Source of the DNA: Coleofasciculus sp. B1-GNL1-01
GTDB taxonomy: Bacteria > Cyanobacteriota > Cyanobacteriia > Cyanobacteriales > Coleofasciculaceae
Assembly: GCA_040220235.1 (NCBI GenBank)
Contig: JAVJTO010000084.1
Direction: 5' to 3' (one strand)
Length of the DNA: 64,000 nt
The translations under genes and the position numbers were made by a program. The notes beneath the pieces were generated by a model, which ran no database searches, was not told the origin of the DNA, and saw only the letters and a list, made by a program, of their open reading frames with translations. Positions 19,941 through 30,731 of the stretch are shown here, in pieces (the stretch's first letter is position 1; the number at the start of each line of letters is the position of its first letter).

Positions 19941-21422
19941 TTATCGATTTAAGACATACTGTTCAAAGGGAACTTCTTTATCTGTATTTTTACTTGGATA
20001 AATTTTCCTATAGTTTTTATCCAGATAATTTTTGATCCCTTGATGAGATGTAAACTTGTATTTCCATCGTGCCAAAACTATTTGCTCGGGTCGATAATTT
20101 TGCAAAACTGATTGAATATCATCCAGGGTAATATGGTTTGATGAAAATCGCTTGGATGACAATACTGCTACTTGGGGAGGAACGGGTAAATCAGCGTAAA
20201 ATGCAATGATTGGACTATCCGTAAACACCCACTGTGTAGATTTTTTATTTTCTATAAGAAGTTCTACGGCTTTAACTCTTAAGTTTTTTTCTACTGGCTT
20301 TAAGTTAGCAAGTTCGTTGGTAGAATTCGCCATAAATTTTATTAATAAAATCACGGTCAAGCTAGGTATAATTAGTTTCTTTATTTGCCGCAATCTTAAA
20401 TAAAAGTACCCATTCTTCTGTTGGCATAAATTAACCACTACGAGAATTGTATAAGCAGATAACCATGCCATCGGCATAAAAATCAAGAGGTAGTGATGAT
20501 ACCAAATTGGTCTGTGGTTCAGCATAAACACTAGAGTACTCCCCAGCCAAGCTAAGGGAATAATTCCTTCCCATCGCCTTTGAGAAAAAATTGCCAGTAT
20601 TCCTAAAAAAGCTAAAAGCGAAAATACACGGCGATTTCCAATTACCTGATTCATCACTAAATTGATATTATAATCTTTGCTGTAGCTATTCGTATTTCCT
20701 ATATTGTGAGCTTGCCATAGTTGTTCATAGTTCAGAGAGTTTAACAAAATGCTTGAAATTAAAAAAGACAATCCAATAGTGACTAGCCAAAAAATAACAT
20801 CAAATAATAATTTATTGTAGGATAATTTTACTGGGTTGTTTTTTAACTTTAAATAGGATATTAAAACAACAATTGGTGGAATCAAAACTACAGATATTAG
20901 CTTGATTTGTAAAGACAATGCCCATAAAATCCCTGATATAATCAAAAACTTTTTTTCCTGTTTTTTGTGATAAATAAGCAATGTATAAATAGACAACAGG
21001 CTCATTGATAAACACGGAATACCAACCATCACCGAAACGCTAAGTTGAATAAAATTGCTTGAAAACACTAATAGCAGGGTTCCCGCAATAGCCGGAAATA
21101 TTCCAATAAAATAGCGCAATAATTGATAGAAACAGTAAACTAATACTGTAGAAAAAAATAAAACTAAAATTCTTGATGCAAAGACTGAACGTCCAAATAA
21201 ACTGAACCAAATTGACAGTAAAATAGTGAAAACTGGTGGTTGATCACTCCAGATTTCTGTGTAAAGAGAAAAGCCTTGGGAATAGAGTAAGGCTTTCATC
21301 AACTGTAGTCCTTCATCGGGATCAAATGAAAAAACTTGCTGAATAGGGATTGTGTAAAGGACAAACCCTACAAATAGAATTGGTATCGATAGATTTAAAA
21401 TATACTTATTCATGTCATGCAT
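19941..21422 (-). CDS. ArnT/PMT-like (GT39/GT83) membrane glycosyltransferase
   Basis: F.PDEG..LM, Y.EIWSDQPP.F, multiple TM helices, WYHHYL; visibly AT-rich. Confidence 0.8.
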   Translation of the reverse strand: MHDMNKYILNLSIPILFVGFVLYTIPIQQVFSFDPDEGLQLMKALLYSQGFSLYTEIWSDQPPVFTILLSIWFSLFGRSVFASRILVLFFSTVLVYCFYQLLRYFIGIFPAIAGTLLLVFSSNFIQLSVSVMVGIPCLSMSLLSIYTLLIYHKKQEKKFLIISGILWALSLQIKLISVVLIPPIVVLISYLKLKNNPVKLSYNKLLFDVIFWLVTIGLSFLISSILLNSLNYEQLWQAHNIGNTNSYSKDYNINLVMNQVIGNRRVFSLLAFLGILAIFSQRRWEGIIPLAWLGSTLVFMLNHRPIWYHHYLLIFMPMAWLSAYTILVVVNLCQQKNGYFYLRLRQIKKLIIPSLTVILLIKFMANSTNELANLKPVEKNLRVKAVELLIENKKSTQWVFTDSPIIAFYADLPVPPQVAVLSSKRFSSNHITLDDIQSVLQNYRPEQIVLARWKYKFTSHQGIKNYLDKNYRKIYPSKNTDKEVPFEQYVLNR

Positions 21423-21435
21423 GTCAATTAAACAG

Positions 21436-22404
21436 TTATTTTTGGCGTTTATTTGAGTTACTATTTTGACTGGCAAATCCACCAACTTCAGCTAGGGTGT
21501 ATAGGGGTCTGGCTTTGACCTCTTCATAAATTCGCCCAATATATTCGCCTAATATGCCAATACTGATAAGCTGAACTGATCCCAGAAAGAAAATAGCGAT
21601 CGCGATCGTGGCAAATCCTGTTAAAGGAGAATCGGGTGAGGTTAAACGCCAGTACAGGACTAACACTGACATGAATAAAGCTAACGCCGCCGACAGCAAT
21701 CCCAGATACGTGGATAGTCGTAACGGTACTTTAGAGAACGAGACTAAACTGTTCACGGCTAACCCTAGGGATTTACGAAATGTGTATTTGACATCCCCAG
21801 CAAAACGGGGATTACGTTCAAACCGAATGGCAGTCTGCTGAAAACCTACCCACGATCGCAAGCCTCGAATGTAGCGGTTTTGTTCGGGCATGGCATTGAG
21901 CAAATCTACAACTTGCCGATCCATTAAACAAAAATCACCCGTATCTGTGGGAATATCCACCTCGGCTAGAGACTTGAGTAAACGATAAAATACATAAGCA
22001 GTGAAGCGCTTAAACACAGTTTCCTTTCGGCGTTTAAGGCGTTGTGCATAAACCACTTGATAACCTTGCCGCCATTTTTCCACCATATCGGGGATCAACT
22101 CCGGTGGATCTTGCAAATCCGCATCTAGGACGACAATAACCTGACCTCGGGCAAAATTCAGACCTGCCGTTACCGCCATCTGATGCCCAAAGTTACGTGC
22201 CAAACTAAGATAACAGACTCGCTTGTCTTGCTGGTGCAGTTCTCGGATAATCTGGAGAGAGCGATCGCGACTGCCATCATTAATCAAAATGAATTCTACA
22301 AGACCATCCATGCGATCAGCAACAGCGCTGATCCGACGATACATTTCCCGGAGGGTTTCTTCTTCGTTATAGATGGGAATGATCCAAGAATACTGAGGCG
22401 GCAT
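21436..22404 (-). CDS. Glycosyltransferase family 2 (GtrB/ArnC-like polyprenyl-phosphate transferase)
   Basis: [29 protein letters not shown], two C-terminal TM helices, GEYIGRIY. Confidence 0.92.
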   Translation of the reverse strand: MPPQYSWIIPIYNEEETLREMYRRISAVADRMDGLVEFILINDGSRDRSLQIIRELHQQDKRVCYLSLARNFGHQMAVTAGLNFARGQVIVVLDADLQDPPELIPDMVEKWRQGYQVVYAQRLKRRKETVFKRFTAYVFYRLLKSLAEVDIPTDTGDFCLMDRQVVDLLNAMPEQNRYIRGLRSWVGFQQTAIRFERNPRFAGDVKYTFRKSLGLAVNSLVSFSKVPLRLSTYLGLLSAALALFMSVLVLYWRLTSPDSPLTGFATIAIAIFFLGSVQLISIGILGEYIGRIYEEVKARPLYTLAEVGGFASQNSNSNKRQK

Positions 22405-22513
22405 CGTCTATTGTCTATGAAATAGGGGATGGGACACTAGGAACAGGCAAACCCTGACATAAGACGTAGCTTACTTCTCGAAGAGCGAGTATGACATAAG
22501 ACGAATGACGATC

Positions 22514-23335
22514 CTACTTACCCAGTTGTTGAGAGCGCTGATAAGCGGCTTGTACAGCTTCTATCAGCGCCGAACGGAAACCAGAACGCTCCAATTTAGC
22601 AATTCCAGCAATTGTAGTGCCCCCTGGACTTGTCACTTGATCTTTAAGTTGAGCGGGATGGATTTGTTTATCCTGTAACAGTTGTGCTGTTCCCAATACC
22701 GTGGAAAGTGCTAATTTAGACGCGATCGCTCTGGGTAGTCCGGCAGCTACACCCCCATCGGCTAAGGCTTCAATCATCACTGCCACATAAGCCGGTCCCG
22801 ATCCTGATAATCCAGTAACAGCATCCATTAAGGATTCCGACACCTCCACCACTTCACCCACTGCACCCAAAAGGGTTTTTGCCACCTGTAGATGCTTAGC
22901 GGTGACAGTTTTTCCGGGTGCGATCGCGGTTATTCCTGCTCCTACCGTGGCTGGGGTATTGGGCATCGCCCGAATGACTGGCTGATGCTCAAATACGGCT
23001 TCGAGTTTCCCTAAAGATACACCCGCTAAAATCGAAATCACCAGAGGCAGGGTTTCGGAAGCTGAGGGATTATGGTCATCCTGTGACAAGTCACTCGCCA
23101 CCGCCTTAAACACTTGAGGTTTAATTGCCAAAAGTAAAACCTCGCCAGCTTTAGCCGTCACCCCGTTATCCGAGGTGACATTAACCCCATAGCGCTGGCT
23201 TAAATCCTCTCGTCGCTGGGCTTGGGGATCACTAACCAGCACCTGATCAGGGCGATAAACTTGCTGTACGATCAGGCGGGATAAGATCGCTTCTCCCATT
23301 ACCCCGCCGCCGATTATGCCAAGTTTGATAGACAC
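22514..23335 (-). CDS. proC: Pyrroline-5-carboxylate reductase
   Basis: GIIGGGVMG, RAMPNTPA, GLSGSGPAY, VTSPGGTT. Confidence 0.96.
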   Translation of the reverse strand: MSIKLGIIGGGVMGEAILSRLIVQQVYRPDQVLVSDPQAQRREDLSQRYGVNVTSDNGVTAKAGEVLLLAIKPQVFKAVASDLSQDDHNPSASETLPLVISILAGVSLGKLEAVFEHQPVIRAMPNTPATVGAGITAIAPGKTVTAKHLQVAKTLLGAVGEVVEVSESLMDAVTGLSGSGPAYVAVMIEALADGGVAAGLPRAIASKLALSTVLGTAQLLQDKQIHPAQLKDQVTSPGGTTIAGIAKLERSGFRSALIEAVQAAYQRSQQLGK

Positions 23336-23386
23336 CCACCCTTCCTTTAGTGAACGGACATTCGATGTTCGACAATCTCAATTGAA

Positions 23387-23971
23387 TTACTGAGCCATAC
23401 GTTCCGGCTCAGACGTCCAACTGGGAGGAGGCGCTGAACGTGACCCACGAGTTTGTTCAGCAACTTCGTGAATGACACCCGATTGAGTACTTACCTGTAC
23501 ACAGCTTGGTGTAAACAAGAAAATACTTTCACCAATGCGCTCTTGATGACCGTCGATCGCATAAGTTCCGCCCGCCACAAAATCCACAGCTCGTTGAGCT
23601 TGATCAGGGTCCATCATGGTTAGATTTAAAACCACAGACTTGCGTTCTCGCAGGGCTTGAATCACCTGGGGCATTTCTTCAAACGAACGCGGCTCAATCA
23701 CGGCGACTTCCGAAATCCCGTTGACCGCTCCCGGCATACCAATCACATTATTCATGTTTACCGCTCCCATTCCTGAATCCGATCCTACAACAGGACGTTC
23801 CCGAACCCGACGTCGAGGAGGACGTTCTTCCTCCGCAGGCGCTGGCATAGGTGGTTCTTGCTGATATAGATTTTGATAGGTCTCACCATCCACGTCCTCG
23901 TATTCATACTCATATTCGGGATCATTGGGACCGACCACAAAATCTCGCAGCTTGTTAAAAATATTGTTCAT
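23387..23971 (-). CDS. sepF: Cell division protein SepF
   Basis: EPRSFEEM...[31 protein letters not shown]. Confidence 0.95.
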   Translation of the reverse strand: MNNIFNKLRDFVVGPNDPEYEYEYEDVDGETYQNLYQQEPPMPAPAEEERPPRRRVRERPVVGSDSGMGAVNMNNVIGMPGAVNGISEVAVIEPRSFEEMPQVIQALRERKSVVLNLTMMDPDQAQRAVDFVAGGTYAIDGHQERIGESIFLFTPSCVQVSTQSGVIHEVAEQTRGSRSAPPPSWTSEPERMAQ

Positions 23972-24308
23972 TGGAACTACTCTCCATCACAACTTTAGGG
24001 TTTGTTGGGGAAACGCTAGAATCGACCCTCGTTGAGGTATCGGTTCTTAACTCTTGCGGGTTGAGACCGAAACCCCAAGCAAACGGCTAGCTTACCCCGC
24101 GATCGCCTAACATTTCCTACCACCGGAGCTTGTCAAAAGTAAGCCCTTAGTATACACCCGCTTTTAGTCAAACGGGTAGTTCGATGCCCATAGCGGCGAA
24201 CACACTCAGGGATTACTTACAAGACAATACATATCATAAGAGTTATTTTGGCACTATACAGCAGTTGCTTACTCATAATGCTAATTAATCGCTCCATTCC
24301 TCGCCGAC

Positions 24309-24980
24309 TTAATCCCCGCGTTCACCAAAAATAATCCGCCCTAGTCGTACCATCGTTGCCCCCGCTTGGATGGCAAGGGCATAATCCTCTGACATTCCCA
24401 TAGAAAGCTGCTGCATCCCCAAATTCGACCAATTTTGCCGTCCAATTTCATCAGCCAGATCACGAGTCCGCTCAAAGACACCCAGAGTTTCCTGGGGGGA
24501 CAATCCCAACGGTGGAATCGTCATTAATCCCTGAATTTGCAAAGCTTTACACTGATCCAGTTCAGGTAGAGCCTCCAGCAATTCCGGTATCGTCCAACCG
24601 TATTTATGGGGATCAGGCATAATTTTGACTTGCAGACAGATTTGGGGAGTGACAGCCAACTCACAAGCTAATTGATTCAGTCGCTGGGCTAACTTGAGGC
24701 TGTCACAGGAATGAATCCACTGAAATTGAGTTAAAGCTTTTTTTGCCTTATTGCTCTGAAGATGTCCGATCAAATGCCAGGTAATGTCAGGCAAATCTTG
24801 CAGTTCATCCTGTTTAGCCGCCGCCTCTTGAACTTGACTCTCGCCAAAATCTCGCACGCCAGCTTGATAGGCTTCGCGTATCGCCTCTACCGATACTCGT
24901 TTAGTCACAGCAATTAACCGCACGTCGGGCGGTAGCTGTTGGCGAATCTGAGCAATACGTTCTGGAATTGAGCCTGTCAT
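24309..24980 (-). CDS. pipY: PLP homeostasis protein PipY (YggS family)
   Basis: LIAVTK, WHLIGHLQSNK, LSMGMSEDY, GATMVRLG; downstream of pipX. Confidence 0.95.
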   Translation of the reverse strand: MTGSIPERIAQIRQQLPPDVRLIAVTKRVSVEAIREAYQAGVRDFGESQVQEAAAKQDELQDLPDITWHLIGHLQSNKAKKALTQFQWIHSCDSLKLAQRLNQLACELAVTPQICLQVKIMPDPHKYGWTIPELLEALPELDQCKALQIQGLMTIPPLGLSPQETLGVFERTRDLADEIGRQNWSNLGMQQLSMGMSEDYALAIQAGATMVRLGRIIFGERGD

Positions 24981-25046
24981 AATTTGAGATGAGCAATAAG
25001 GGAGTCACGAGAGAGAGTGAATCATCCAAAAATCAACCGCTACTGC

Positions 25047-25310
25047 TCATTGGAACGTTTGCTTATGAATTTTCTGAAGCTGCTCAAAATCTTTGGATGC
25101 ACCCATACGACGGAGAATACGGAGACGATTTTCCACTAAATGGCGAGCATCTGAACGACTAATCGGTTCAAACGCCAAACCACTCGAGCCTGTCGTCACC
25201 AAAAAAAATAGACGTTGGGCGTAAAGCGTGGTGAACAGTTCCTGGTTCTCTTCAACCATGCAAACGCGAAAAAGTAAACCAAAGGTGGGATGATTTAGAT
25301 AGGTTTCCAT
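25047..25310 (-). CDS. pipX: PII/NtcA-interacting protein PipX
   Basis: ETYLNHPTFGLL...ELFTTLYAQRLFFLV. Confidence 0.96.
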   Translation of the reverse strand: METYLNHPTFGLLFRVCMVEENQELFTTLYAQRLFFLVTTGSSGLAFEPISRSDARHLVENRLRILRRMGASKDFEQLQKIHKQTFQ

Positions 25311-25656
25311 TAAAACCCTGCAATAGACCTGTTAGACAACAGATTGGACATAAGAGCATAAGTATGGGAAGAGATGCCGTATAGGTTAGTCATTGTTAAA
25401 CACAATTATCAATAGGTCAGCAAGAGATCAGCTAAATTAGTTTACAGCGTTATTATTGATTGCCCCAAACTTACCACAGCCCTTCAGAGTGCTACTATCC
25501 TCAAAACGTTATATCACGCTTAGCATCGCTTAAGGCATCCTCTGGTCATCGTAATTTCGCGTGAAACCTCTCCCTCAGCAAATCCTTTGCCAGCTCAGGA
25601 TACTGCTGGTCATTAACTGAGGGGTTAGACCCCTCCCCTTTCCCCCCTCACAAGGG

Positions 25657-25779
25657 TAGTGGCGTGGCACACCTTATTTGGTGGATTAGAATTACGCCCG
25701 GAAACCGTAGGGGCGCAAAGACTTGCGCCCGATTCAATGGTCAAATCTAATCCACAATTTTAGCTGTGTCAGTCCAGTA
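25657..25779. mobile_element. MITE family B containing a GTAG-REP hairpin
   Basis: Ends tagtggcgtggcaca...tgtgtcagtccagta; internal gtaggggcgcaaagacttgcgccc; similar right end at about 62345-62373. Confidence 0.6.
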
Positions 25780-25947
25780 GGTTTTTTAAGATGGGGGTTT
25801 AGGTAAGACAAGGGAGACAGGTAGACCATCACTTCGACTTCGCTCAGCGACCGTAGACAAGGAACGAGGGGGGTAGGGGGGAATTGTTCAATTAGAGCAT
25901 CGTAGCAATATTGGAATCTCCCTGCACCTGTGCGCTAAAAAGAAAAT

Positions 25948-26105
25948 TAAGTAGGTCGGACAAAAGAAAACGGCACGCTCACGCTTGTTTTGTAAACAAG
26001 CCTCAAACCCTTACCAAGGACGTAGCTTGCTTCTCAAGGGAAGCGAGTATGACAAATGACGAATGATCATTTCCACCGTTAGCTTTTATTGTGTCCACCT
26101 ACTTA
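25948..26105. mobile_element. MITE family C (TAAGTAGGT.GGACA ends)
   Basis: TIRs taagtaggtcggaca...tgtccacctactta; same end at 55162-55193 and 39564-39594; internal part repeated at about 22464-22510. Confidence 0.7.
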
Positions 26106-26130
26106 TTCTCCATCTACCCACAAAGTCGCC

Positions 26131-26610
26131 ATGTCTATAGCCTCTCCCCAAAAACCGCAAACTAATGATAGCTTCGCCATAACCTTTGCTCCCCTATCCC
26201 TCGCCGATGTCTATACCCTCGCCGATGATCCCGCCAATGGTGCCGTTGTCGTCATGAGTGGCACTGTGCGTAACCAAACCGAAGGCAAACCCGTTGTGTC
26301 ACTGGAATATCAAGCCTACGAACCCATGGCATTGCGCGTCTTTGCCACCATTGCCCAAGACATTCGAGAGAAGTGGGCGGATGTTAAGCGCGTCGTCATT
26401 CACCATCGCATCGGACGCCTACAAATTGGTGAAATTAGCGTCTTAGTTGCCGTCGGCTGTCCCCATCGTTCAGAAGCCTTTGCTGCCTGTAAATATGCCA
26501 TTGATACTTTAAAACATAACGCTCCTATCTGGAAAAAAGAACACTATCAAGATGGAGCCAGCACCTGGGTGAGTATTGGCGCCTGTGAACAAGTCAACGA
26601 GCCTTGCTGA
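26131..26610 (+). CDS. moaE: Molybdopterin synthase catalytic subunit
   Basis: GAVV..SGTVRN, LEYQAYEPMA, HRIG.L.IGE.SV.VAV...HRSEAF.AC...ID.LK..APIWKKE. Confidence 0.95.
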   Translation: MSIASPQKPQTNDSFAITFAPLSLADVYTLADDPANGAVVVMSGTVRNQTEGKPVVSLEYQAYEPMALRVFATIAQDIREKWADVKRVVIHHRIGRLQIGEISVLVAVGCPHRSEAFAACKYAIDTLKHNAPIWKKEHYQDGASTWVSIGACEQVNEPC

Positions 26611-26750
26611 ACGTGAAGGTTTGCAAAACGTAACAAATGATACTCCCTGCCACGAACTTAAATTATTTCCATCGATTTCATCTGGGTTAATTGGGGAAAT
26701 TGCCGCCCAATACCGGATAAAATCAAAAATCAATCCTTATAATCTTTCCT

Positions 26751-28103
26751 ATGAGCCATGCTTGTTGTGGACCCGGTTACGCTTCCCCTGAAGCGGCAAT
26801 GAAAGCAGACCGGGAAAAAGTTCTCTATACCATCGCCCTCTATACGGGGACGGGAGTTGAAGCACCCGACTACTTAGCCACGATTGATGTAGACCCCACC
26901 TCCCCGACGTACTCCCAGGTGATTCATCGCCTACCCATGCCTTACATCGGGGATGAATTGCACCACTTCGGCTGGAATGCTTGCAGTTCTTGCCACGGGG
27001 ATAGTAGCAAATCCCGCCGCTTTCTGGTTATCCCTGGTATCCGTTCCAGTCGGATTTATATTGTGGATACGGCTGAAGCCAAAGCCCCCAAACTGCACAA
27101 GGTTATCGAACCCGAAGAAATCAAAACCAAAACCAATCTGAGTGCGCCGCATACCGTTCATTGTCTGGCAAATAGTCAAGTAATGATCTCGATGCTGGGT
27201 GACGGCGAAGGAAATGCTCCGGGGGGTTTTCTGCTATTGGATGAAAACTTTGACATTGCCGGACGCTGGGAAAATAAAGCGGAGGGGATGAAGTACAATT
27301 ATGACTTCTGGTATCAACCCCGCCATAATGTTATGGTCAGCAGTGAATGGGCTGCCCCAAACACCTTTTATCCAGGGTTTGACTTGAATGATGTGGCGGC
27401 GGGCAAATATGGTCAACAGCTTAACTTCTGGAATTGGGAAACCCACGATATTATTCAATCGGTAGACCTCGGTGAAGAGGGTTTAATTCCCCTCGAAGTC
27501 CGCTTTCACCACAATCCCGGTAGCACTCACGGATATGTCGGGGCGGCGCTGAGTAGTAATATTTGGCATTGGCAGAAACAAAAGGGCGAGTGGCAGGTGA
27601 GTAAGGTGGTTGATGTGCCGCCTGTGGAGGTCGAAGGATGGTCTTTTCCTGTACCTTCGTTGATTAGTGATATACTCCTGTCCCTGGATGATCAGTATCT
27701 TTATTTTGCCAACTGGTTGCACGGTGATATTCGCCAATACGATATCCGTAATCCGTCTAAACCGAAGCTAACTGGACAAGTTTGGTGTGGTGGAGTTTTG
27801 GGTAAAGCTGCCCCTGTCAACGGACATCAATGGGTGGGAGGACCGCAAATGCTGCAATTAAGTTTAGATGGCAAACGTCTCTATGCCACGAATTCTCTAT
27901 TTAGCAGTTGGGATAATCAGTTTTATCCGGATATCGCCCAAAAGGGTTCCTACTTAATTCAAATTTATTGCGATACCCAAAAAGGTGGACTCTCAATTAA
28001 TCCAGACTTTTACGTCGATTTTGGTCAAGAACCTAACGGACCTGCCCGCGCCCATGAAATGCGCTATCCCGGTGGGGATGCTACATCCGATATTTGGATT
28101 TAG
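26751..28103 (+). CDS. Selenium-binding protein SBP56 family (methanethiol oxidase-like)
   Basis: [56 protein letters not shown]. Confidence 0.92.
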   Translation: MSHACCGPGYASPEAAMKADREKVLYTIALYTGTGVEAPDYLATIDVDPTSPTYSQVIHRLPMPYIGDELHHFGWNACSSCHGDSSKSRRFLVIPGIRSSRIYIVDTAEAKAPKLHKVIEPEEIKTKTNLSAPHTVHCLANSQVMISMLGDGEGNAPGGFLLLDENFDIAGRWENKAEGMKYNYDFWYQPRHNVMVSSEWAAPNTFYPGFDLNDVAAGKYGQQLNFWNWETHDIIQSVDLGEEGLIPLEVRFHHNPGSTHGYVGAALSSNIWHWQKQKGEWQVSKVVDVPPVEVEGWSFPVPSLISDILLSLDDQYLYFANWLHGDIRQYDIRNPSKPKLTGQVWCGGVLGKAAPVNGHQWVGGPQMLQLSLDGKRLYATNSLFSSWDNQFYPDIAQKGSYLIQIYCDTQKGGLSINPDFYVDFGQEPNGPARAHEMRYPGGDATSDIWI

Positions 28104-28112
28104 GAGTAGGGG

Positions 28113-28240
28113 TAAGCTGTCATGCCTTTAAATTGGGAATGGGTAGCGAGCAAGATGCAAAGCCTGCGGCATGGCTTCGCTAAACGCATTACTTCGATTA
28201 GGCAGTTTTTGACATTAAGGTTTAAATGCCGAACAGCTTA
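28113..28240 (+). mobile_element. MITE family A, complete copy with an internal 27-nt insert
   Basis: TAAGCTGT...ACAGCTTA ends; aligns with 2602, 9425 and 41288 copies. Confidence 0.75.
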
Positions 28241-28521
28241 TCAACTGAACCAAAAGAAGCCCAGATTTATTGTGAGTGAGCGGCATTTTCAAAGATGCCG
28301 CTTGATTTCTATTGTTTAAGATTTAGCATCAAGATAGAGTGTGGTGAACAGGTATCCTTAAACGATTACGCGATCGCACTTACATTGCAGCTTAGTTGAA
28401 AAGGGTATTTAGGTGAACTACTCCAACGTCAACACGCAGAAGGAATTGATCAGCTTATCTTGAATCATGAGGGCGAAAATCTGTCACAATAGAGTAGGTA
28501 GACGTTCCCATTGATGCCCTT

Positions 28522-29448
28522 ATGCCTCAAACACACATCCGATTTGATTGGGCGATTAAAAAATTACTGAGAAACAAGGCGAATTATGGTGTTTTAGCCG
28601 GGTTCTTGAGCGAGTTATTGGGGAAACAAATTAAGATTCAATCCATCCTCGAAGGTGAAAGCAATCAACAAACCGAGGATGACAAGCTCAACCGAGTCGA
28701 TATTCTGGCGGAAAATGACCAGGGGGAATTAATTCTGATTGAAGTGCAAAACAATACAGAGCAAGATTATTTTCATCGGATGCTCTACGGCACGTCGAGA
28801 TTAATTACCGACTTTCTGGAAAAAGGAGAACCTTACGGTAAAATCAAAAAAGTCTATTCAGTTAATGTCGTCTACTTTTCGCTGGGGCAGGGGGAAGATT
28901 ATATTTATAAAGGGATATTAGATTTTCGGGGGTTGCACAGAGAAGACAGGTTGGGGTTATCAATCAACCAGCAGAAGCTATTTAATATTCACGAGGTATA
29001 TGAGATTTTTCCAGAGTATTATGTGATTAAAGTCAACAACTTTAACGAGGTAGCGAAGACGCCTTTAGATGAATGGATATATTTCCTGAAAAAGAGCCAA
29101 ATCAAAGAGGAATTTACCGCCCAAGGGTTAGCTTTAGCGAAGGAGAATTTACTGGTCGATAGCTTGAGTGAAGAAGAAAGAGCGAACTACCTGAGATTTA
29201 TGGAGAATCGGCGCTATGAAGTGAGCTTGATAGAAAGTTCGCGTTCAGAGGGAAGATTAGAAGGGTTAGAAGAGGGGATGGAGAAAGGAATTCAGGCAGG
29301 TATGGAGCAAGGAATTCAGGCAGGCATAGAGCAAGGCAAACAGCAGGAAAAGATGAACATAGCCAGAACCTTAAAACAAAAAGGGACTGAGCTTGATATA
29401 ATCACAGAAATAACCGGACTGAGTAGAGAAGAAATAGAGAAACTGTAG
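28522..29448 (+). CDS. Rpn family recombination-promoting nuclease / PD-(D/E)XK putative transposase
   Basis: RFDWAIKKLL, RVDILAE...LIEVQ, RMLY, C-terminal (EG..)n repeat and IARTLK..G...I...TGLS.EEI. Confidence 0.9.
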   Translation: MPQTHIRFDWAIKKLLRNKANYGVLAGFLSELLGKQIKIQSILEGESNQQTEDDKLNRVDILAENDQGELILIEVQNNTEQDYFHRMLYGTSRLITDFLEKGEPYGKIKKVYSVNVVYFSLGQGEDYIYKGILDFRGLHREDRLGLSINQQKLFNIHEVYEIFPEYYVIKVNNFNEVAKTPLDEWIYFLKKSQIKEEFTAQGLALAKENLLVDSLSEEERANYLRFMENRRYEVSLIESSRSEGRLEGLEEGMEKGIQAGMEQGIQAGIEQGKQQEKMNIARTLKQKGTELDIITEITGLSREEIEKL

Positions 29449-29585
29449 CACGGCTAGATAACTAAGGCTCTGCCATTATACCCTTTGTCCACTAACTGGC
29501 TGAATTAAGTTGAACCACTTATCCTGACTCATCAGGGCGAAAATCTGTCAAAATAGAGTAGGTAGACGTTCCCGGAAATGCCCTT

Positions 29586-30484
29586 ATGTCTCAAACACAC
29601 ATCCGATTTGATTGGGCGATAAAAAAATTACTGAGAAATAAAGCCAATTACGGTGTTTGGGCAGGGTTTCTCAGTGAGTTATTGGGGAAACAAATTAAGA
29701 TCCAATCCATCCTCGAGGGTGAAAGCAATCAACAAACCGAAGATGACAAGCTCAACCGAGTCGATATTCTGGCGGAAAATGACCAGGGAGAATTAATTCT
29801 GATTGAAGTGCAAAATAATACAGAGCAAGATTATTTTCATCGGATGCTCTATGACACATCCCGATTAATTACCGACTTTCTGGAAAAAGGAGAAACTTAC
29901 GGTAAAATCAAAAAAGTCTATTCCGTCAATGTTGTCTACTTTTCGCTAGGACAGGGGGAGGATTATATATATAAAGGGATATTAGATTTTCGAGGATTGC
30001 ATCTAGAAGACAGGTTAGGGTTATCAATAAACCAGCAGAAGTTGTTTAATATTCACGAGGTATATGAGGTTTTCCCGAGTATTATGTGATTAAAGTCAAC
30101 AACTTTAACGAAGTGGTGAATATGCCATTAGATGAATGGATATATTTTCTGAAAAAGAGCCAAATCAAAGAAGAATTTACCGCCCAAGGGCTAGCTTTAG
30201 CGAAGGAGAATTTACTCGTCGATAGTTTGAGTGACGCCGAAAGAGCCAACTACCTGAGATTTATGGAGAATCGGCGCTATGAAGTTAGCATGATCGAAGG
30301 TTCGCGTTCAGAGGGAAGATTGGAGGGAATTGAGGAGGGAAGATTGGAGGGAATTGAGAAAGGCAAACAGCAAGAAAAGATTAACGTAGCCAGAAAACTC
30401 AAACAAAAAGGGACTGATCTTGACACCATTACAGAAATAACCGGACTGAGTAGAAAAGAGATTGAGAAACTTGATATACCGTAG
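29586..30484 (+). pseudogene. Second Rpn copy with a -1 frameshift near 30070-30077
   Basis: Near-identical to 28522..29448; GAG GTT TTC CC-GAG versus GAG ATT TTT CCA GAG; continues in ORF 30086..30484. Confidence 0.85.
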
Positions 30485-30731
30485 GGTGGGCTGTGCAACG
30501 CCAGCATACCAGGAGCGTGACATTGAACTTTAAGTGGGTCTTCCGGACAAGCCTGTGCTAGACTAGCTCTCTGATTTGCGATCGCACAGGCACCGCCAGC
30601 AAAGACAGCAATCTTAATTTATATCAAAGTCGTCGCCCACACCGATAACCCAGGTATTACGATCAGAGTATCCAACGTAATCCCCATAGAGTTACGGTAA
30701 TATAGCTGATCCGTTCGGACTTATAGCATCC

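Noticed and set aside
22514..25310. pipX-pipY-sepF-proC cluster as a novel system
   Set aside because: It is a well-known conserved cyanobacterial arrangement
26931..27737. Short antisense and alternate-frame ORFs inside large genes (here and throughout)
   Set aside because: They are shadow ORFs of well-supported genes with no independent evidence
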